From NCBI RefSeq assembly GCF_032191835.1, contig NC_083228.1, positions 53,382,001-53,446,000 of the forward strand: DNA of 64,000 nt, in the 5' to 3' direction. A program made the translations under genes and the position numbers. Every line of letters begins with the position of its first letter. The stretch's first letter is position 1. The DNA comes from Heteronotia binoei (lineage: Eukaryota). Positions 10,890 through 21,336 of this stretch are shown here, piece after piece. The notes under the pieces are model-generated. The model was not told where the DNA came from. It worked only from the letters and a program-made list of their open reading frames with translations, and searched no databases.

Positions 10890-13550
10890 TTACGTAGCTC
10901 GGAACCCTTTCCGGAATTCGTTCAGGAACTCATCATGATTGTAAAACACATCATCGTGTTCCTGTTCAGCCAGCTCTTTCAGACGCTTGGCTTCAGCCTC
11001 CTTCTCCCTTGCCTCGCACTCTGCCACCCAGGCTTTCCATTTCTTAGCCTTTTCTTTTAACATTTCCTCAAATCCGGGTGGGTCTGGATTGACAGTCAGA
11101 GTGACATAGGGACACTTGTACCTAGCGGGACGTTGGCCTTTGGTGGACCTGGCAGACACCCGTGGCCCTGTGCTTGGACCAGCTTTGTCTTCTTCGGGTT
11201 GCTCTGTTCCCACCTCCTGGGCTGGTTGCTCTGCCCCTGTAATTGGGTGTTGAACCTCCTGACTCTCACACTTTACCTCCAGTTCCTGCATTTGAGGCTC
11301 TGCCTCCTGACTCTGCTCGTCAGGCTCTGTGCCAGCATTCGGCTCACCTTCTCCAGCCCCACTGGGTGCCACCTCCTGGGCTGGAGTTCTGGGCTGCGCT
11401 CCAACATCGTTATCGCTACTTGGCAGCAGGACAAATTGTTTCTGCAAGGAGTGCAACCTTGGCCAGCTGCTTTTTTCATTGAACTGGGCACTCTTACTAA
11501 GTGTTATCTTGCTTTTGCTATTGCAGAAACGATAACACCTGGCCCTTGGCTTGTAGCCCAGAAAAATTAGGCTCTCTGCCCGGACATCCCCCTCCCCGCT
11601 ACTCGTGGAGTGGATGCCAACCCGAGCCCGTGACCCAAAGACTTTTAAAGAACTCAAATCTGGGGTCTTGTTCAACAGTAACCTGTAAGGCACATTTTTC
11701 ACAGTATTACACCAAACCCTATTTTGCAAAAAAACAGCTGCATGTATGGTTTCTGCCCAATAGGTCATTGGCAGTTGTGCATCCTCTAACATGCAATACA
11801 TCACATTCTGCAATACAGCCCCATGCCCATTTTCTCGGGGCGTTGCCGGGTTCGTCAGACGGTGGGCGATGCCCTTGTTCTCCAGCCAACGTTTCATCTG
11901 GTTAGATAAGAATTCCCCCCCTCTGTCGGTTTGTACAGCTAGGAGATTAACCCCTAATTGTCTCTCCACTGCTTTGACCCACTTGGTGAATGTCTTATAC
12001 ACCTCAGACTTATGCACCATGGTGAAAACCCACGCGTACCTCGTGTGGTCGTCGGTGGCCACCAAGCAGTATCTCCTCCCCGACAGACTCTTTGGCAATG
12101 GGCCAATAACGTCTAAATGGACTAGTTCCAGGGCTCGTGTGCTTTCCCTTGAGCTTTCTTTAGCAACAGCACACGCCTTGCTTTTGGTCTTCTTGCAGAC
12201 CTGGCAATCCAAGTAACATTTGCAAGGATTTACTTTCAAACTAGGCACAAGCTCCAGGGTTTTCTTTAACGCCCTAAATCCGCAGTGCCCAAGTCTCCTA
12301 TGGAGCAAATGTATACAATTATTGTGCACAGGCTCATTCGACACCTGAGCCACCTGGGCACAATCACTCTGGACCACATACAGTTTACCTTCCCTCTTTC
12401 CTGTCACCAGCAACTTTCCCCCACCTCCCAGGATTTTGCAGCAGGTTTTCTCAAATCTCACCTGGTATCCCTGGTCAAACAGTGTGCTAACACTCAACAG
12501 GTTAGACTGCAGTGAGGGTACATACAACACATTTTGCAACATACATTTCAGTGCAGGAAATTCCACATTGCCTGAGCAAACAGAATTGGCAGTGGTCCCA
12601 TCAGCCAATCTCACATACTTATGCTCAGGACTGTCAATGTTTTTCAACAACTCCTTCTCGCAGCAGAGATGGCTCGTTGCCCCGGAGTCTAAAATCCAAG
12701 CAGACCCTGTGCTCTCTACTGCAGACGTGACCAGCCGGGTTGCTTCCTCACACGGGCTGGCGGTCCTCCGCTCTCGCCGCACACGCCCCCGCCTCTTCTC
12801 CCTCTCAGGGCAAGCTCGGAGCAGGTGCTGCGACGACCCGCATCCATAGCAGCGACGGACTGCAAACGCAGTCGGCTCCACTTCCTCCACCTTCGGACGC
12901 CTGCCAGCAGCAAAAGCTGGCTCATTCTTGGCTGTCTTCCCGGACACACCGATAACAGCACGCTGCCCGGCCGACACCCCCGGACAGCTCACGGCCGCAA
13001 TTCTCTCTTGGAAGTCAAGCAGGTGGGCACAGACGTATTCCATGGTCAGGGTCGCTACGTCCACCGTCTCCAGAGAAGTTATCAGGGGAGTGTACTCAGG
13101 TGGCAACGACGACAGCAAAATGTACACTCTGTCGTCTGGGGCTACAGTCTTGCCTCTTGCCTCCAGCTCAACGAAACAGTCCGTTAGCCGTTTGATGTGA
13201 TCTTTCACACACCCTCCAGCCGGCATAACGGTGCGGAACATCCTCCTTGTCAAGGCCATGAGGGAACCAGCAGTGGTGCTAACATGCACCGCACTCAACG
13301 CGTCCCAGGCAGCCTTGGGAGTGTCCTTCCCTCGCACATAAACCAGCTGGTCATCTCCTATAGACAGCACTATGTTGGCCAGTGCCTTATCCGAAAACAC
13401 AGCCTCGGCAGGAGATAAGTCAGCAGGGGGGTTACTCACGAACAGCCATTGCCCTTCACGCTTGAGGTAGTGTTGCATTCTCAGGCTCCACACCGCGTAG
13501 TTGGCTGAGGTGAGCTTCTCAACGGCTACTCCAAGCTGTTGCTGAGCCAT
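10890..13550 (-). CDS. copia polyprotein, 886 aa: Gag, CCHC knuckle, aspartic protease, HHCC + integrase core + SH3-like region; truncated at the start of RT
   Basis: NYAVWSLRM/ALANIVLSI Gag N-terminus; CYGCGSSQHLLRAC knuckle; WILDSGATSH protease; HRRLGH...CQVC zinc finger; VHLDVIGP and VQTDRGGEF integrase Asp motifs; LKVFGS/IFLGY. ATG in context GGCACGATGG. No YVDD or RNase H motifs. Confidence 0.93.
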   Translation of the reverse strand: MAQQQLGVAVEKLTSANYAVWSLRMQHYLKREGQWLFVSNPPADLSPAEAVFSDKALANIVLSIGDDQLVYVRGKDTPKAAWDALSAVHVSTTAGSLMALTRRMFRTVMPAGGCVKDHIKRLTDCFVELEARGKTVAPDDRVYILLSSLPPEYTPLITSLETVDVATLTMEYVCAHLLDFQERIAAVSCPGVSAGQRAVIGVSGKTAKNEPAFAAGRRPKVEEVEPTAFAVRRCYGCGSSQHLLRACPEREKRRGRVRRERRTASPCEEATRLVTSAVESTGSAWILDSGATSHLCCEKELLKNIDSPEHKYVRLADGTTANSVCSGNVEFPALKCMLQNVLYVPSLQSNLLSVSTLFDQGYQVRFEKTCCKILGGGGKLLVTGKREGKLYVVQSDCAQVAQVSNEPVHNNCIHLLHRRLGHCGFRALKKTLELVPSLKVNPCKCYLDCQVCKKTKSKACAVAKESSRESTRALELVHLDVIGPLPKSLSGRRYCLVATDDHTRYAWVFTMVHKSEVYKTFTKWVKAVERQLGVNLLAVQTDRGGEFLSNQMKRWLENKGIAHRLTNPATPRENGHGAVLQNVMYCMLEDAQLPMTYWAETIHAAVFLQNRVWCNTVKNVPYRLLLNKTPDLSSLKVFGSRARVGIHSTSSGEGDVRAESLIFLGYKPRARCYRFCNSKSKITLSKSAQFNEKSSWPRLHSLQKQFVLLPSSDNDVGAQPRTPAQEVAPSGAGEGEPNAGTEPDEQSQEAEPQMQELEVKCESQEVQHPITGAEQPAQEVGTEQPEEDKAGPSTGPRVSARSTKGQRPARYKCPYVTLTVNPDPPGFEEMLKEKAKKWKAWVAECEAREKEAEAKRLKELAEQEHDDVFYNHDEFLNEFRKGFRAT

Positions 13551-13696
13551 CGTGCCGACTCCTCCTCACAGCTGGCTGCCGACGTCCCTCTGGCTCTCAA
13601 ACAGAGAACGGTGGTGCTTCTGTGTCCTTCACCGGCGTTCCTCGCCTCCGGCTCTTTCCAAACTCACAGTCAGCTCAACTCTCAACTCTCTCCCCC

Positions 13697-13727
13697 GCGC
13701 AGCGGAACCGCCCTGGGCCCATAACCC
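13697..13727 (-). promoter_or_regulatory. Primer-binding site for the 5' half of initiator tRNA-Met (copia type), extended
   Basis: Plus strand GCGCAGCGGAAccgccCTGGGCCCATAACCC versus recalled tRNA-iMet nt 10-40 GCGCAGCGGAAGCGTGCTGGGCCCATAACCC: 28/31 identical. Confidence 0.88.
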
Positions 13728-14125
13728 TATCGGAGCGGGAGTAGCAGAGTGAGGGAGATGACTTGCCCGACACAGGGCTTCAGGAAAGAAAATCAGGCCG
13801 ACACGTGCAACTAGTGCCAAAAGGTGTATTAACATATATACACGACAAGTGCTCTCTTGTGCAGTCTATACAATATCACCTCCACGGACAAAGTGCTTCG
13901 CCTAACCACCATCTCACAGGGAGAGACCTGTGTGATGCACACACAGATCATATATAGTCCAAGCAGCCAATCCTGGCCGTGCTGACTCAGCAGATTGCAT
14001 CACTTGGCTTCTGCCGGCTCAAGCCGGTCTGCTGATCAGGTCACTGTGACCTAGCCTGGCAGCTAGATCACCAGCTGTCATACTGTAGCTGTCAGACTGG
14101 GTTTATGTAGATTCTTGCTCCAACA
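13728..14125 (-). repeat. 5' LTR of the copia element
   Basis: Reads TGTTGG...CCGATA on the minus strand and directly abuts the PBS; offset 3321 bp from the other LTR (the same 64-aa ORF appears in both). Confidence 0.95.
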
Positions 14126-15094
14126 GGCCATTAGTATCCTGGTTGGGCTACTATAACACAATCTGCAGAGTGTTGCTTTTAAAGATAGTTTATACTCTTC
14201 AGCTGTTCCAGATTACAGACCACATGGGCTGTGGCCACACAGCAGAGTTAGCATGGTCTGGCCCCACCTCTTTTTGTACTGGAGAAATTTAATCAGACAT
14301 TCCATCCTTAATCCACTTTATCCTGCACTCACCCCATGAAGGACTGATCAGATGGAATTGTTTCAAAGTCCTGGCAACTGGTGGTCAATGGGATTGCAGG
14401 ATACTACTGCTGAAATTTGTTGTACGGCTGTGAGAAAAGTGTTTTCTAAATTGTGCTTTTAAAAAAATAAATGTTTCAAAGCCAGGGGGGAGAATAGAGA
14501 AGCCTCATCTTGTGTCCTGTGCACTGACATTTTTATTTAAAAGCTTGGAGCAAAACTGGAGTCATGGCATCATTCTCAGATGGCCTCACTCCCCTCCCCC
14601 TCTGAAAAAAACTCATCTTTTCAATTAACTCCTTACCCAACGACCTGTGCCACAAAGCTGTAGACAGATAACAGCTGAAACACACATAAGTATCTTTCTT
14701 TGGAAGGTTTTAAAAAGGTTTTAAAAGAAAAACACACGGGGCAAGGATCTGCTTAAGCGCACACAACTACATTATTTTTTTGAAATGGTGCTGACACAAG
14801 TGTGCTCTCTAGCTTCCCAAATAGCTTGATTTTTCAGGAGAAAGTTCAGACATCAGGAATTGTGTGGTGAGATCAATTCAGTCCATAAAAGGTCTGCTTT
14901 ATTCTGGTGTTGGGAAAATCAGCTGTGAGTATGGGCTGCTAACAAGCAGAACTGTCTGAACAATCTGAACAAACTGTAATTGTCTGAATAATCATTTTTA
15001 ATCTGTAAGGGAAAAGCAAAGAAATTGGGTCAAATAGCTTGTCTGATCACAGCCATAGTATTCTGCTGATCATAGTTTTCTGATGGCTGTTTAT

Positions 15095-15364
15095 AGAAGA
15101 AGAAGAATTGCAGATTTATACCCTGCCCTTCACTCTGAATCAGAGTGGTTTACAATCTCCTTTATCTTCTTCCCCCCCAACAGATACCCTGTGAGGTGGG
15201 TGCAGCTGAGAGAGCTTTCACAGAAGCTGCCCTTTCAAGGACAACTCCTACAAGAGCTATGGCTAATCCAAGGCCATTCCAGCAGCTGCAAGTGGAGGAG
15301 TGGGGAATCAAACCCAGTTCTTCCAGATAAGAGTCCACACACTTAACCACTACACCAAACTGGC
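15095..15364 (-). mobile_element. tRNA-derived SINE with L2-like tail (Squam3-like)
   Basis: Head GCCAGTTTGGTGTAGTGGTTAAG...GGTTTGATTCCCCAC (A/B boxes) on the minus strand and a (TTC)n tail; homologous to 48037, 57370 and 58812. Confidence 0.85.
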
Positions 15365-16164
15365 TGTCTTATAGAGATCAGTTCAAAATATTTCCTAAAT
15401 TATGGACTTTGATCTGTACTGCCATATTTGTCTATACTACTCGCTGGCTATGACTATTTTGAAATCAGTAAACTGGTCTGCAATTGTTGAACATAAGAGC
15501 TTTGTGTGGGATTTTACCAGTATTGCTTATATGAGGTTTTTTTTTTAATATTGCCTTTTTTGGGAGAAGTTTATGGCTAATATTGAAATTTATCTTTTTA
15601 CAGTCAGCTGCTTTACATTTATTTGCAATTTTGTGCTGTTTTATGGCAGGTCTGTATTATTTTTGTATTTTTATTATCCTCTTTTATGGGATTTTAACTG
15701 TAAACTCCCTCAACCTGTGAGAGAGCACAGTATATAAAAATATGAAATATTAAAGACATAAAAGAAACAAACAATAAGGACTACTGACAATGACAACATA
15801 TGGAAATCAAAAGAAAATAAAAATACAACATTTTCATTTATCCCTAGTTAGTCCCCCTTGTTCCCATGCTCAGTTTTGTATATAGACAGACCCACTCCAC
15901 CTGCTATACCATCCCCCCAGTGACTGTATGCCTTTTTTCCTGCAAGATCTGCCAGTGAAGCAGAGTTTACAGAATGGGGCTTTCTAGCTTCCCCCTCCTG
16001 CTATACCCCACTGAGGGTATATTGTTCCAGTGAGTGAGAAGACACATATGCACTTATATAGAAGGCAAAGTGGGAATCTGCAGTGGGAGGTGAGTCAGCA
16101 GAAATCATGTCTCCTTCCAACAATAGAAGTGCTGTTTTGTCATCAAAAATGGGTAGCAAGACAG

Positions 16165-16363
16165 ATATTTGGCTCTGAACTGGCCCAGTCTCAGAGGCTA
16201 AGTAGGGTTGGCCTTGGTCAGTACTTGGATGGGAGACCACCAAGGAAGTCCATGGTTGCTATGCAGAAGCAGGCAATGGCAAACTACATTTGTTTGTCTC
16301 TTGCTTTGAAATCCCTGTGGGGTTGCCAAAAGCTAGCTGTGGTCTGACAGCAATTTCCACCAC
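16165..16363 (+). mobile_element. 5S rRNA-derived SINE with a Sauria-like body (5S-Sauria-like)
   Basis: 16189-16247 matches recalled 5S rRNA internal control region at 49/59, then continues into GGCAATGGCAAAC, a motif shared with the Sauria SINEs in this window. Confidence 0.75.
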
Positions 16364-17021
16364 CCAAAGATGTATAAGAGATCCAGTAACCTGAATCAGT
16401 GGTTCTTGCTTGCATAGAGAGACTATCTGATCATTTGTCATTAATCCCTCTCACATATTCAAGTGTGTATATTTGTTCTTTTCCTGTTTGGGGTAAGAAA
16501 TCTGTACACATATGAACTATACATGCATAGACTATTCCCAGATTCAGGTGAACAAATGGAAGACAGAGAACATAATAACTGGCCCATTGGGGAAAAAAGG
16601 CTGGGTGAACACTAATAGCCTTATACTTACAAGAACTTTAAATGTCAAGCTTCTGCCTTGACAGTTGTCCTATATTCTGGAGAGAAGAGTGCAAGAAATC
16701 AAATACTAGTTGTAAAAGTCCCTTATAAACATCACATGCCTTGGTCACTTTTTTCTCCTCTCCTTTAGTAAGTTGGAGAGGGACAGATAAGGGAAACTGC
16801 CTGTCTAATGATCCATCTTTTTGTTCTAGAACTTGGCATTATTACAGAGTGGAAGCTCAGCTAGGAAGCTCGTGTGCTTTCATCTATCCTTAGTGAGGAC
16901 AGTGTTTGATTCTTCTTGTAAGCAGTTCAAAGCCTTTGTTGTGACCTCAGTTTTCTCCCTTCCAAGGAGATAAATGGAACAAATGTGAAAAAGTGAAATC
17001 TGGGAGGAAGTTCAGTTTGTT

Positions 17022-17215
17022 ATATATTTATAATCCACTTTCCCCCATGGAGATCCAAAGTAGTTTACAACACTGTTCTCCTGTCTTCCATTTTATTCTC
17101 ATATTACACTGTGTGGTAGGTTAGAGTGAGAGACTGTGAGTGGCCCAAGGCTACTCAGCAAGTTTCCATGGCATAGAGGGGATTCAAACCTGGGCCTCCC
17201 AGATCTCAGACCAGC
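17022..17215 (-). mobile_element. Old MIR/CORE- or Squam3-like SINE fragment
   Basis: Degenerate similarity to the younger SINE copies (GGATTCAAACCTGGG, TATATTTATAATCC tail). Confidence 0.5.
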
Positions 17216-17390
17216 TTTCTTCCCACTAACATCCTCATCTCAACAAGCAATCTTTAAATGTTCAATATACCATCTGTGTCAGAGATGAAAAAGGTCTTTG
17301 TTCTACTACAGCACACTCCAGAAAAGAAAGACCATCACACAGAAGAGTGGGTAACTGAAACCATCCACACCCACACTATAGAATGGGTCC

Positions 17391-18313
17391 TGTGATGGAC
17401 TGAAAGCAGTCTGCATGAGTGAAAGTTGAGAAGCTCACTCTGATTGGCTGAGCTGCTTCCATGGTAATGAATGTATCAAGTGGAAGGAGGCAGCCGGGGG
17501 AGAAATCTCCTCAGTTTTGAATTGGAGATTGGAGCTGAAAGTGGGAGAGTTCAGTTCATTTCCTGAGACCAAGCTGGTTGTGATTTAGAGCTCTTGTCTG
17601 AATGAGAGTTTGTGAGAAGGGGCTAACAATAGTTCTTTCAGGGGAAAACTCTCAAGGCTGTGGCACATAGTGTCACAAGGCAGAATGAGATGGTAAATTT
17701 CTGCTGAGGAGTTCTGTCAGACCAAAGGGCAGACTCCTGGTTCTAAGAAGAACATCAACACACACACACTATGAGAGGGACAAAAGGTTATTGTGCCTCT
17801 GTGGAAATCCCAAAAGTCAGACAGAGATCCTAGGGGACTTAACACAAGTGAATGAGGAGCTAGTGTGAAGAACCCTTAAGGGTGTAAGCTCTACAGCCTA
17901 GAGGATACCTAATATTTGCTAGGGGAAAGGGTCTGTTAAGGGGAGATCTGTCACATTCAGTCAATCTTCTGTGTGAGTGAGATAGTGGGTGGAGATATAT
18001 TTGAGAAGCCTGAAACATCTAAATCTTTCTAGAGTGAATGAGTGTTGTCCAGTGTAAAGAAAACACTGTTTGTTTTTTATATCATAACATCAGCCTGCCA
18101 ACATTAGTAGTGTTCTTGAGTTTATTGCTACTTGATTTTCTGCCTGCTAACTGATTTCAATATACATTTATCTGATATTATTTCCTCCCTTCGTAGCCTT
18201 TCTGTACATAATAAATCTATTATTTGGTTTGAACTTTAAAACACTATCAGTGCCTTCATTATTTCTGACAAGGTCAATTTTGGATTCTCCTGAGCTACTG
18301 TGTAAAGGTGACA
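17391..18313 (+). mobile_element. Possible solo LTR
   Basis: TGTGATGG...GGTGACA ends, a CCAAT-like ATTGG, AATAAA near 18211. No TSD found, so tentative. Confidence 0.35.
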
Positions 18314-18753
18314 AAATTCAAAGTGGTCCCTTTTCTACCTGCTTACTTCTGACATCCCTCACAGTTCCATCAACCTCTGACCTTGTACAACCAAAATCAA
18401 GAAAGGGGGATCTTGCACATATCAGGCAATGTCAAATCAAAAGGACTATATTCTTAAACAGATGTGAAATACTTGAGAGAAATTTTGCAAGACCTTATGC
18501 TCTCATGAAATCTTATGGAAGCAGCTTTCTGCTTAGCCAGTGACCTTCTCCTCTTCCTTAGTAATGTAGAGAGGGACACACAAAAGGAACTGTTTGCCAA
18601 GGGTCCAGATCATAGGTGCATTATCCTAGCTAGGATGATAAACTGCTTATTGGGCATGCCGCATGTGATATGTTGAACTTCATCCACCAAGAGCACCAAA
18701 GGCCAAGAGGCGGTCCTGAATTGTATATTCCTGAAAATTAACACAGAGTTATT

Positions 18754-18962
18754 GAACATATATGAACATATGAAGCTGCCTTATACTGAATCAGACCCTT
18801 GGTCCATCAAAGTCAGTATTGTCTTCTCAGACTGGCAGCGGCTCTCCAGGGTCTCAAGCTGAGGATTTTAACGCCTACTTGCCTGGACCCTTTTTGGAGA
18901 TTCCAGGGATTGAACCTGGGACCTTCTGCTTCCCAAGCAGATGCTCTACCACTGAGCCAGTC
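18754..18962 (-). mobile_element. tRNA-derived SINE with CR1-like tail (Squam2-like)
   Basis: Minus-strand head TGGCTCAGTGGTAGAGCATCTGCTTGGGAAGCAGAAGGTCCCAGGTTCAATCCC; tail ...GCTTCATATGTTC. Confidence 0.8.
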
Positions 18963-20715
18963 CTCTGTGATTTGCTGCCTGCCATTCTTGAGGTGCTCTA
19001 AGCTACTTCTTGCTTATTCTGCCTGGGAGAATTTTAGTTATTAATAAGACAAGTAGAGGTCTTTCCTCCTGTCTGTCTGATATCTGGTAGGCAGGATTCC
19101 TGCAATGAGGAATACAGTCTCTAAGCATTCCATTCTAATTGGATGAAGTCTAAAAAGTTAGAAGCAGAAATGTGCTCCTCTTTGACTTTTTCATATTGCA
19201 CTGCGAACATACTTGTGCTATGATGCTATCAAAAGCATAGTGGGGGAGCACACATAGTGGCCAACCTCCCCTGGGTAAAACAGAAGGTTGGCATATGCTA
19301 TTGTGTCTGAAGGAAACTGCTTGGGGTTTCTTGGGGTTCACTAGGCCTGTACATGGGACTTTTTTCATCCCCCCTCCCTTTATTACTTTCAAAACAGATC
19401 ATTTCATTATTGGATGGTTTCATTATTCTTGCTTTGTTTGCATTGTTCTATTTTATTGTTATTTCCCACTGGTTTCAATAGAATCCCCCCCACCCCTTCT
19501 ATCAGATCTCTACGATCAGGCTTTCTTTGTAGAAAAAGCCAAGCAGGAGCTTCAGGAAGCACAGCTCAGCCCTGCAAGCCTGGCTGGCAAGCCCAGACAG
19601 GAAGCTGTGCTCCAGGGAACTGCACTGCAAGCTCTAAGAAGATGCAACTGCAGCATGGTTCAGCCCCTTGAGCCCAGCTGGAGAGCAGGGCTCCAGGAAG
19701 CTGCTTCTGCAGCTTGGTTTGGCCCTGCAAGTCTGGCCAGCAAGCCAGGTTCCAGGAAGCTGTGCTGTAGTATGGGTCAGCCCCCATGAGACTAGCTGGT
19801 GAGGAGGAGAAGCATAGACTGCATGGGAGGTTGGCTGACAATCCAACTTTTGGGAGGAAGGGCAGGAGCCCTGGCCATCCCAGGCAGAGCTGCACTCTAT
19901 TGAGCTCCTGCTCAAAAAAGAAAAGAAAAGAAAAAAGCCCTGTCTACCATAATAGTTTTCTATCCAAACTGGACAGAAATCAAGGGGATAGTAGTATTCC
20001 ACAAGGATACCCTGTTGGCCAACTGCAGACAGATAGAATAAAGCTTCCCCCCCTTGAGGCAAAGAAAGGGAATGTTCAACATTAAAGTCGATGAGAGAAT
20101 TGACATGAAAGATTCCAACAGTATCATGGACAGCACCGTACCCACTTAACTTGAACAACAGTTGCACAAGGAAGAAGACTGCAAGGAAAGGGCAGTTGGG
20201 AGCCAAAGGAGGATAAGGCATCTGGGCAGGCAGACAATAGGAAAAATACCTTGAGGTAGATTTGCTTGGACAAGGAATAAGGTTTGGAGAGCAGCATGCA
20301 ACTGCAGACTGCAAGGGAAAACTTGGCACACCAGGGCAGGCTTTGGGAGGAGGAAGGTAAAGTGCTATTCAATATATTTCAGGATTTGAACACATCACAC
20401 ATGTACATAATCCTATTGGCTACAGCTTACAGTCAGTCAAGAAAGCCCAGAGCCTGTCTCCCCCTCTCCTTAAGGAACACTGTGCTCTCTCTCTCTCTGT
20501 GGCCTTATTAGAAAATGCTGCCTGTCTTGTAAAAATGAAACAAAGGCAAAGACTGCCATAATGAAAGAAAGCAGAACAACATGAAAGGATTTCATGTCCT
20601 CCCCTCATTAGAGGTTGTTTAGATGAGTAATTTGTTTTGTTTTTGTGTTGAATGAACAAATGAATGCATTTATTGTTTACAGCCAAAGACCATTACAATC
20701 AACAAGAAGATAAAA

Positions 20716-21065
20716 CTTAAGAACATAAGAGAAATTATGTTGGATCAGACCAGTGGCCCATCCAATCCAACACTCCGTATCACACAGTGGCCAAAACCCA
20801 GGTGCCATCAGGAGGTCCATGAACAGGGCCAGAACTCCAGAAGCCCTCCCAAGCACCAAACAGGGCATCACTGCCCCAGACATAGTTCTCCCTTTATATG
20901 TTATGACAGCTACAGATGGACCTCTGCTCCATATGTTTATCCCATCCCTAGCTTGTAGCTGCCACCACTTTCACCAATTATATGTGTTAATTACTCTTTG
21001 GGTGAAGAAGTACTTACTTTTATCTGTTCTAAGCCGACTGCTCATTAATTTCATTGAGTGCCCAC
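20716..21065 (-). mobile_element. CR1 3' fragment
   Basis: TTAAGAACATAAGAG tail and a UTR homologous to the other CR1 copies. Confidence 0.8.
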
Positions 21066-21336
21066 AAATTAAACCATAAATAACATCTTCAAAATAACCA
21101 AATCTAAAAGTACTTATGTTAAAACATTTCACCCTTCAGATAGAGCTTTTGCTCATATTTTTGTGACAAGGCAAACAGTGACACTCTGTATAAAACAAGC
21201 AACCCAGGAATTTGTTTCATTTTCATATTAATCGCAATAATGATGACACTTCCCATTTTTATAATTATAATAATGCAAATGTCTAGTCTCCATAGGGAAA
21301 GGCCTAGTTCTCCTTGTGTTATTTGGTTGCTGGATA

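Larger units (their letters stand above)
10407..14125 (-). mobile_element. Ty1/copia LTR retrotransposon, non-autonomous (gag-PR-IN, no RT/RNase H), very recent
   Basis: Two 398-bp LTRs (10407-10804, 13728-14125) identical by eye except one base; 5-bp TSD GGCCA (10402-10406, 14126-14130); tRNA-iMet-type PBS GGGTTATGGGCCCAG; purine tract TAGGAGGTG before the 3' LTR; copia domain order. Inserted into an old L2 fragment. Confidence 0.96.

Noticed and set aside
11133-13418. Plus-strand ORFs inside the copia element as antisense genes
   Set aside because: Shadow frames of the GC-rich polyprotein ORF, with no motifs.
16189-16247. Functional 5S rRNA gene
   Set aside because: Partial and diverged, with no 5S termini or terminator; fused to a SINE body.
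19295-20372. Cluster of 160-230 aa ORFs and degenerate CAGGAAGC-type repeats
   Set aside because: No convincing domain; only a weak GMFNIKVD resemblance to the APE GDFN motif. Repeats are irregular and not CRISPR-like. Probably an old TE remnant I cannot name.
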